NCBI RefSeq assembly: GCF_000143415.4
Contig: NW_003314299.1
Location: 1,614,559-1,678,558 of the forward strand
Direction: 5' to 3'
Length of the DNA: 64,000 bases
DNA from: Selaginella moellendorffii
Lineage: Eukaryota; Plantae; Lycopodiophyta
Of the stretch, positions 57,048-64,000 are shown in pieces. Under the pieces are notes generated by a model that searched no databases, was not told the origin of the DNA, and saw nothing but the letters and a program-made list of their open reading frames with translations. Both the position numbers and the translations under genes were made by a program. Numbering within the stretch: position 1 is the stretch's first letter; every line of letters begins with the position of its first letter.

Positions 57048-60000
57048 TCCGACTTTTATTGGTGCTCAAGTATATCACCACTAGTGTTGGCATCGGAAGG
57101 TCCGAGGAGTGGGCCTATCCTTGAGGAGTAGCAAGTCGGGAAGACATGGCTCTCCATTACAGTTCATGTGTGAACTTGTAGACGAGGTGGTGGATAGAAA
57201 AGGGCCAATAATGGAACGACTTTGGGATCTTGGGAACAGTATATGGTTTTCCTCAAAGAGTTGAGGATGTGATCTAGATGAGCGTTTGACTTAGCAAACT
57301 GGCTAATGTAGTTGTGGTAAACAACTACAGTTGGGATGACGGGAAAGATAAAGACTCCAAAGCAATAAAGGAGTCATAAGATTTTCCTTATATAGTTGAG
57401 GTTGGTGCTCATGAATGTGAGACCAGAAGTAATGACCGTGGGAGGTCAAATACGGAAGAGGACTCAAGTCCTTGAAAAGGTAGCCGGGGCTACCTCTAAT
57501 AAATGCTGGAACAACCCCAGGAGTTGGGGGTGTATTAAGTGGATGAGTTGGTGTTCTCATCACATGGACAAGTGGTCCTAAGGGGCAAAGGTTGCCCCCA
57601 GAGAACAAAATCAAGTGTCGGAGTAACACTTGTGAAAATAGTCCTTTTGAGTAGGACAGGAATGCAAGAAGTGTATTCCAGTGAGCTAGTGCCTCACAAG
57701 TAGGACCTTACGGGTCTGTGGATTAACTAAGTCCAAAACTGCTGGATGACTCAAGTAGAGTCAACGGATGGTCCTAAAAGGACTGATGGAAGCATTTGGA
57801 CTGAGGTGTGTTGTACCCCACAAAGGATGGGGGGGGATCATAGGATCCAAGGATGAGAACAGAGGGTATCTCATCGATGGCAAAATGTGCCATGCTAAAG
57901 TTATGGGAAAGGTGTTCCCAGAAGAAAACAACTTTGACATAAAGTTGTGTGTGACCTCTATGGTGCAGTGCTAACGGATGGTTGGCATGAGATAGAGCGG
58001 TGTTGGTCTTGGCAAAGACTTAGACACAAAAGGGAAATGTCATAGAGGTAGGCTCGTGGAGCTGATGGTGTGGAGACACCAAATGTGCCAAGGTGTGATA
58101 CCTTGAGGCTATGTTGGTGGGTTCATGAGAACCCCTTGCCAAAGGAATCCCAATGGAAATGGGAATAGCATAGCCTAAGCTGCAGAGCATGCAATTGGAG
58201 TGTGGTGACCCAGAGAATGATGGAGGTGTGGAAGCACCAACAATGAGTTGTAGGATTTGACAACTACAAGACAACTAAGCAAGAGGTGCAAAATAACTGG
58301 TTAAACGGGTAGAAGGTAGCTACCCAAGACTTCTTAATAGCATAGGGATGTTGGATATACCCTTACAGGGGATAAGTTGCTTGTGTTGCGATATAGTAAG
58401 TCAATGTCATAAAAGGAAATACTCATTGTCAAGAAAGCCATCATTGGGACACCTGAACACTCTAGAACACCAGAAGGTGGTGTTTGATGTCGCGAGGGCA
58501 ATGGATAAAGCCCAAGGGACTAAGTCCCTAGCGAATGATGGATAGAAGGTGCTATCCAAATATCCAAGGTTGCGGAGACAGGAGAGGACTGTCTACCCGA
58601 GTTGGACAAAGCCAAAAATGGAATTTTGGCAAGGCTAGTGATGGGCATGTAAAGGCCCATAAGCAACAATGTAATCCCAGTGTGTGGGATTATAAGGTGA
58701 GCATACCCGGATTGAGGAACCACTCCCTGGGCTATTGGGTAGGTTCATCCCTAAGAATACTTGCTAAGGCATGATAGAAAGTGCAAAGCTATCCTCCTGG
58801 TCTGGAGGAGAATAACCAAAGGAAACATATGGGGCCAAAAGGCAAGTAGTATTAGGATGGAACTGAACCATAGAAATCGAAGGGCATAACCAAGGTTGGT
58901 TATGCCAGCTGGGAGTGGAGAATCAAGTGGGGGCTCGAGGGTGTTGCCGCTAGCAACCGTGATGCCATGGAGAGTCTAAAATATGGAATTGTCCATGTTA
59001 GACTATGTGGCATTTGGAAGGCTTGCAAAAAGGGAGACCTTAGCAAGCTGAGGGACGGAGTTCCTTCAAGGTTCCCAAAGACGATTCTAGGTAGCTTAGT
59101 ACCTAGAAAGGCCAAGTGTAAATGGTTCATGGAACGCGCGAAATCAGAGTGGCGCAGCAGAAGCGTGGTCTTGAAGCTTGCCATGAGACAAGGCTATCAA
59201 GGTTAGGGAAGTAGTTCCCGAGTGTTCAAAGAGAGGGCTTTGAACGAAAGTCAATGGTCAAGGACTTTCACGCTTATGCAGGAACCATTTTACAGTGGTC
59301 GGAGGACTTGCCAAGCGAGATTGGCACGTCGGGGGAACAAATACCCTAATTGAAGGTGATAACTTCAAAAAGGGTGGGCCATGGGGCCGAGCATGGAGGA
59401 GTCCATGCATGATCACAGACATGTCAAGTGAGAGGACTTGGCAGTGTGGAGGAACTAAGTTCCTAAGCTGTGATCTGTAGCGCGCTTTAAAAATAAGTTG
59501 GTGCACCGGCGTGGGGAGTCACGCCAGGCATCTTGTGTGATGCCGTCCGTAGATGCATATACGGAGGTTGGGTTCGAGTCCCGACCCTCTAGTGCTTGGG
59601 TTCGAGTCCCAAATCACTAGGGCGTGGTGATGGTTTGGAATATGAGGACACTCATATTTCGGTGGTCATGGACTCTCAGTGGGGAGACTGGTTTGGGCAC
59701 ACCGCCAAGCGAGGGATGCCTCGGAGTCGTGATGCACGGTTAGATTGCTTAGTGTGAAAGCTCAGCATATCTAACTTGAACACTTTGGTGCAAGTGGCAC
59801 CAAGGTCGTGGTGAGTGAGATGGGGACACCTAATCTCAGTTGCTATGAACCCTTGGCCGTAAGGGCTAGCTTGGGTGCACCGCCAAGTGTGGGGGATGCC
59901 CCCGGGGTTATAGTCAACAACTTGGAGGTCTAGAAGACCAAGTACCTCTTGGCAACTCTGTTAAGGTGCCAAGGTGAGATCACTAGGTGATCTTATGGCC

Positions 60001-61585
60001 AGATAAGGACAAGGTCCTTGGTTGGCTAAGGAATGAAGTTCCTGGTTCAAAATGTTGAGATTGAACTGTTTAAGGTGATGTGGCTTGGTCGTGATGACCA
60101 AGTGGGAAGAGCACCTAAGGGAAATAAACTATATCCGTGCGATGGCATAGTGAGTCCGAGGAAAGTAGTCTCTATAAAAGACCCATGGGGGGGTCACGAA
60201 GTTGGGCCGTGGATAGAGCCCATAGCAGAAGATGCTAAAGAGACGTACTAGGGGTGAACATCCTCCGGACTTGGCAAAGAAGAGTCTTTGCTATGGAACC
60301 GAAACAATACCTCAAGGAGGGAGGTAGAGATTCAATGTTGCTTGGTGCAACAATCAATGGATAGGAGCAAAAGATGAGTGGCCAAGATAGGGCCGTGGAA
60401 TCCCTTAGAAGGAATCCAAGTGACAAAGTTAGGCGAGGAACACTAATGTGTTGGACGCTAACAAGTTGCGGGAAAGGAAGTGTGTTTCCAAGGAGGGATT
60501 CCGAAATGCTCCGATTTGGCGAAAGTGGAAGCTCCAAGGGAGGGAGCGGTAAGGTAGCCAAATGATAGAGCCATGAACAGCCCTAGCACAAAGTATGATA
60601 ACTGGAACTTTGGCACGAACTAGAAGAGAGGATGATGGTGCCCTCGAGTAGAGAACTCCCTAGGATGGGAAGTGGAGTTGCACAAAAGGTGCAAGGTAAG
60701 GTGTCGGAGACACCTAGGAAATTGACTCCAAGAAGTCAAAATTCAAAGTTCCAAAGTGCAAAGGTTATATCAATGGAAATTGAGACTACTCGAGAAGGAG
60801 TAGTGGGATTGACTTAGAGAAGGGTCTCTAAGAGGTTTAGCGAGAACTAAACCAATAAAAGGAGAGAACCATTACATGTGGTCCAATCAGTCTCTAAGTT
60901 GTAGAGACTATGCTCCTTAAAGGATGGACAAGGCATGGTGAGCCTTTGGTGTCAAACCATAGACAAAGATTGGTTAGGTGCCAAGGATGGAAATGGTAAC
61001 ACGTGTGGGTGTTATTTTATGAAAGGGTTTACCGTTCGATGAGGACATCGAACTTCGTCTATGGGTGGTGGAGTTGTGAGACACAAAATCCCTAGGCCCC
61101 AAAGTGGAGCCAGAAGGGCGCCACATGGTAGTGGCCGAAGCGAGAGCCAAACGAGCGTAACACGTTTGGACCAAAAGCTTCGACTTGAAAAGTCAAGAGC
61201 GGGAGTGGAACTCCCAACGAAGTGCTCGAGGAACGAGCACGAAGCGAGCAAAAGGCGAGGCTCCAAAAAGGGACCCAAAAGGACCAACAAATGACACGTG
61301 GGAGTGTCCGAGATGGACTCGAGTTGGAGTCCGAAGTGGAGTCCGAGATGGACCCAAGTTGGAGTCCGAAGTGGAGTCCGAGATGGACCCGAGATGGAGT
61401 CCGAAGTGGAGTCCGAGGTGGACCCGAGATGGACCCGAGTTGGAGTCCGAAGTAGAGTCCGAGATGGACCCGAGATGGAGTCCGAGATGGAGTCCGAGAT
61501 GGAGTCCGAGGTGGACCCGAGATGGACCCGAAATGGAGTCCGAGATGGAGTCCGAAGTCGAGACCGAGACCAGGACCGAGACCGG

Positions 61586-61617
<32 letters not shown>

Positions 61618-62725
61618 TCGGGACCGAGACCGAGACCGAGGCCAAGGCCGAGACCGAGCCCGAGACCGAGTCCGAGTCCGAATCTGAGTCCGAGTCCGAG
61701 TCCGAGTCCGAGTCCGAGTCCGGAGCCTAAGAGGGTGAAAGCCCAAAGCGTTCGTCTCCCAGACCCTGGGGGGTTTGGTGAGCTCCAAAAGTATAGTAGG
61801 GGGAGGACTGCAGTGGAGCCAGTTTGGCCAGGAAAGGCCAGTTTGGCCCAGGAAGGCCGGACCCAGTGTTGGGTGATGAGCTGCCCACTGGGAAGTCCAA
61901 GACTAGAGTGAACACGGACCGACAAGCGGGGTAGCTTGGTGAAGTGTTCAAGAGCCGGCTCTAGTTCCCCCGGGAGATCGACTGGCCGATGCTCCCAGTC
62001 CAAGTGTGGGTGGCACTACCTACTTGGATACCTGGTGTGGCTCAACGGAACCCGCTCTAAGCCCATGGCTAGAGCACCCAAGGGCAGAAGGCGAGGAGAG
62101 TACCTAGGTGGCTCGCGTAAGGCCACGGTGTTCCGAAATGTTGTCCCAAAGGCCCAGACTGTGGAAAGGAAGAGGAGTAGTCCTCTGGGGTAGTGACCAA
62201 GGACACAGTCACACAGTGAGGAAGGCCTAGAGGATAGTGGGACTTAGTGGTCGGGCCGGTGGGCCTCGATCCAGTGGCAGTGTTGGCGAACACAGCCAAG
62301 GACAGAAAGGGACTTGGTGGGGACCGGAACAGAGATATTGGGGAAGGCTATTCCCCATGTCTGTAGGCATCCTAAGGATGTTAAGGAGTGGATCTGGGAT
62401 GATCACTCATGGATGGATGACCCAGTCTTTGAGAGACGGGATTGGAATGTAGGTGGTGTTGGACCATCAGTGGGACCGAGGTAAATGGGCATGGCCTTAG
62501 CGTAACGGGCCAATATGTCGGTGGTACCTTGGGGTGTCGATCATGGGATCGGACACGTGGAGCACTTGGACCAAGTGCTAAGGTTGAGTGGCATGGATGC
62601 CATTCTCGGGGCTAGCAAGCCCCAAGTCCTGAGTTGGGCTTATGGAGGTTGTGAATGAGACTCCTCCAAGTGGTCGGAGGTGTGGTTAAGTGACTAAAGT
62701 AGAATGGAAAAATTAGTCGCTTACA
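57048..62725 (+). mobile_element. Family A element: about 4 kb non-coding internal region plus 3' LTR (LARD-like), 5' LTR missing
   Basis: Begins just after the PBS position; no gag/pol motifs recognised; GAGGACATC...ATGGGTGGTGGAGT PPT, then LTR 61075-62725 (TGTGAGACAC...GCTTACA). Confidence 0.85.
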
Positions 62726-64000
62726 ATAGGCTAGCAGGGGCCAAAGATGGCATGAGGCCTCATGCCATCTTGATATATACACAGCTGTAGGCAAGTAAAA
62801 ACATACATGACAATACGCTAGCCATGAAATTGCAAGGGCCCAAGATGGCATGTGGCCTCATGCCATTTCTAAATGTGGTCCTAAGCCATTCCATGGTGAA
62901 CATACCAGGAAGCACAAGTGCCGAATATCAAGAGGAAGCGGTAACCACACCAAAGACAGTGCCGCTCGCAACACCGCAACTACTCGTAGTGCCGCTCGCA
63001 ACACCGCAACTGCTTGTAGCGCCGCTCGCACAAACTGCCACTCGCATAAACTGCCGCTCGCAATGGCGCTCGCAATGCCGCAACCGCTCGTAGACGCATA
63101 AACCACAGCCCACAACGCCGCTTACACAAGCAGCGCTCACTGCGCTCAGCGGAACCAAGAACACGGCGCACAAAAATGATAGACCTAGGGATGAGTTCGA
63201 GAATTCAAAAATAACACACACTTGAACGTCACATCAAATCCTCTGACAAACCAGATCTTATGATTCCTCTGACAAATTTCAAACTGAGTAGCTTCTAGAC
63301 TTTGCTGTCCGAGGTTGAACTTTGTCACATCATGTCCTTGCCTCGATCCAGCTGTGCCATGTCAGTGATTCGAACTTTGCCATGCCATGCCAGCGATCCG
63401 CGCCAAGATTATTCGCCGTGTAAAGGAATAATTATGCTGTGTGTGTACGTCCATTTATGGCAATATAAGGCCACACGCCATTCAAAGAATAATGCTAGTC
63501 GAGCATTTTTTGGTGCATTTTTGGTTTCAAAATTGCATGAGCCCACACGCTATAAAGTTTACCTGTACCAAAAATAGAAACAGCTTTATTTACTTGGGAA
63601 TTTAAGTGGTTGAGGCATTTTTAAACTTACAAACACATGCCCTACTTACATTCCTTTGGTTGCTTAAAATTCAAAAATATTATAAACCTTTCTTTTTGCA
63701 TTTTCAATGTTTTCAATTATGGTTTTTGATTTTCGCAGGACCAGCCTAGTAATCTATTTGCATCCCGTCATGTTTATAGCTAGCTTTCGTTTGTCCCCTT
63801 CGCTAGCCTGAGATACATCTGCTCGGCATCTGCCTCTTACAGCATTTGCCCAGAAAGGGCATCTTTCTTCACGCAGCATTTGCCACATGTTTAGGGTTTA
63901 GGGTTTAGGGTTTAGGGTTTAGCAATTCAGTAGCTTGATAAACATGCAAATACAGAACTTGATGCAAAATCCTTGGATATGTCACAATGCCCCTAGGACC
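62726..64000 (+). mobile_element. Second, partial copy of the TIR transposon (intergenic region)
   Basis: 62749-64000 is near-identical to 49078-50285; palindromes at 62747, 62845 and 63532; runs off the window end. Confidence 0.92.

Noticed and set aside
59560-59620. tRNA gene
   Set aside because: B-box/T-loop-like motifs only; no A box or cloverleaf could be built.

Overview
Land-plant nuclear DNA. The compact genes, very short introns and retroelement types suggest a lycophyte such as Selaginella (inference). Bases 1-13.2 kb are a gene island: an FEI-type LRR receptor kinase, an intronless SLC25A44-like mitochondrial carrier head-to-head with HIRA, a frameshifted bulb-lectin gene and a shredded second copy of HIRA. 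Bases 13.6-64 kb are a nested transposon pile. It holds solo LTRs with intact TSDs, a 5S-rRNA-bearing Cassandra-type TRIM and a decayed chromovirus. It also holds a Tat-like element with an archaeal-type RNase H between PR and RT, interrupted by a very young, complete Ty3/Gypsy element with two protease domains. The most unusual object is a 12.4 kb TIR DNA transposon (44667-57047). It encodes a Sola1-like DDD transposase and, divergently, a large spliced protein with a ParB/Srx-like N-terminal domain and a C-terminal HAD phosphatase. It carries about 19 dispersed copies of a 22-bp palindrome (ATGGCRTG-N6-CAYGCCAT), including copies inside introns and coding sequence, which resembles a ParB/parS-like self-recognition system. 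All domain calls come from motifs read by eye; no searches were run.
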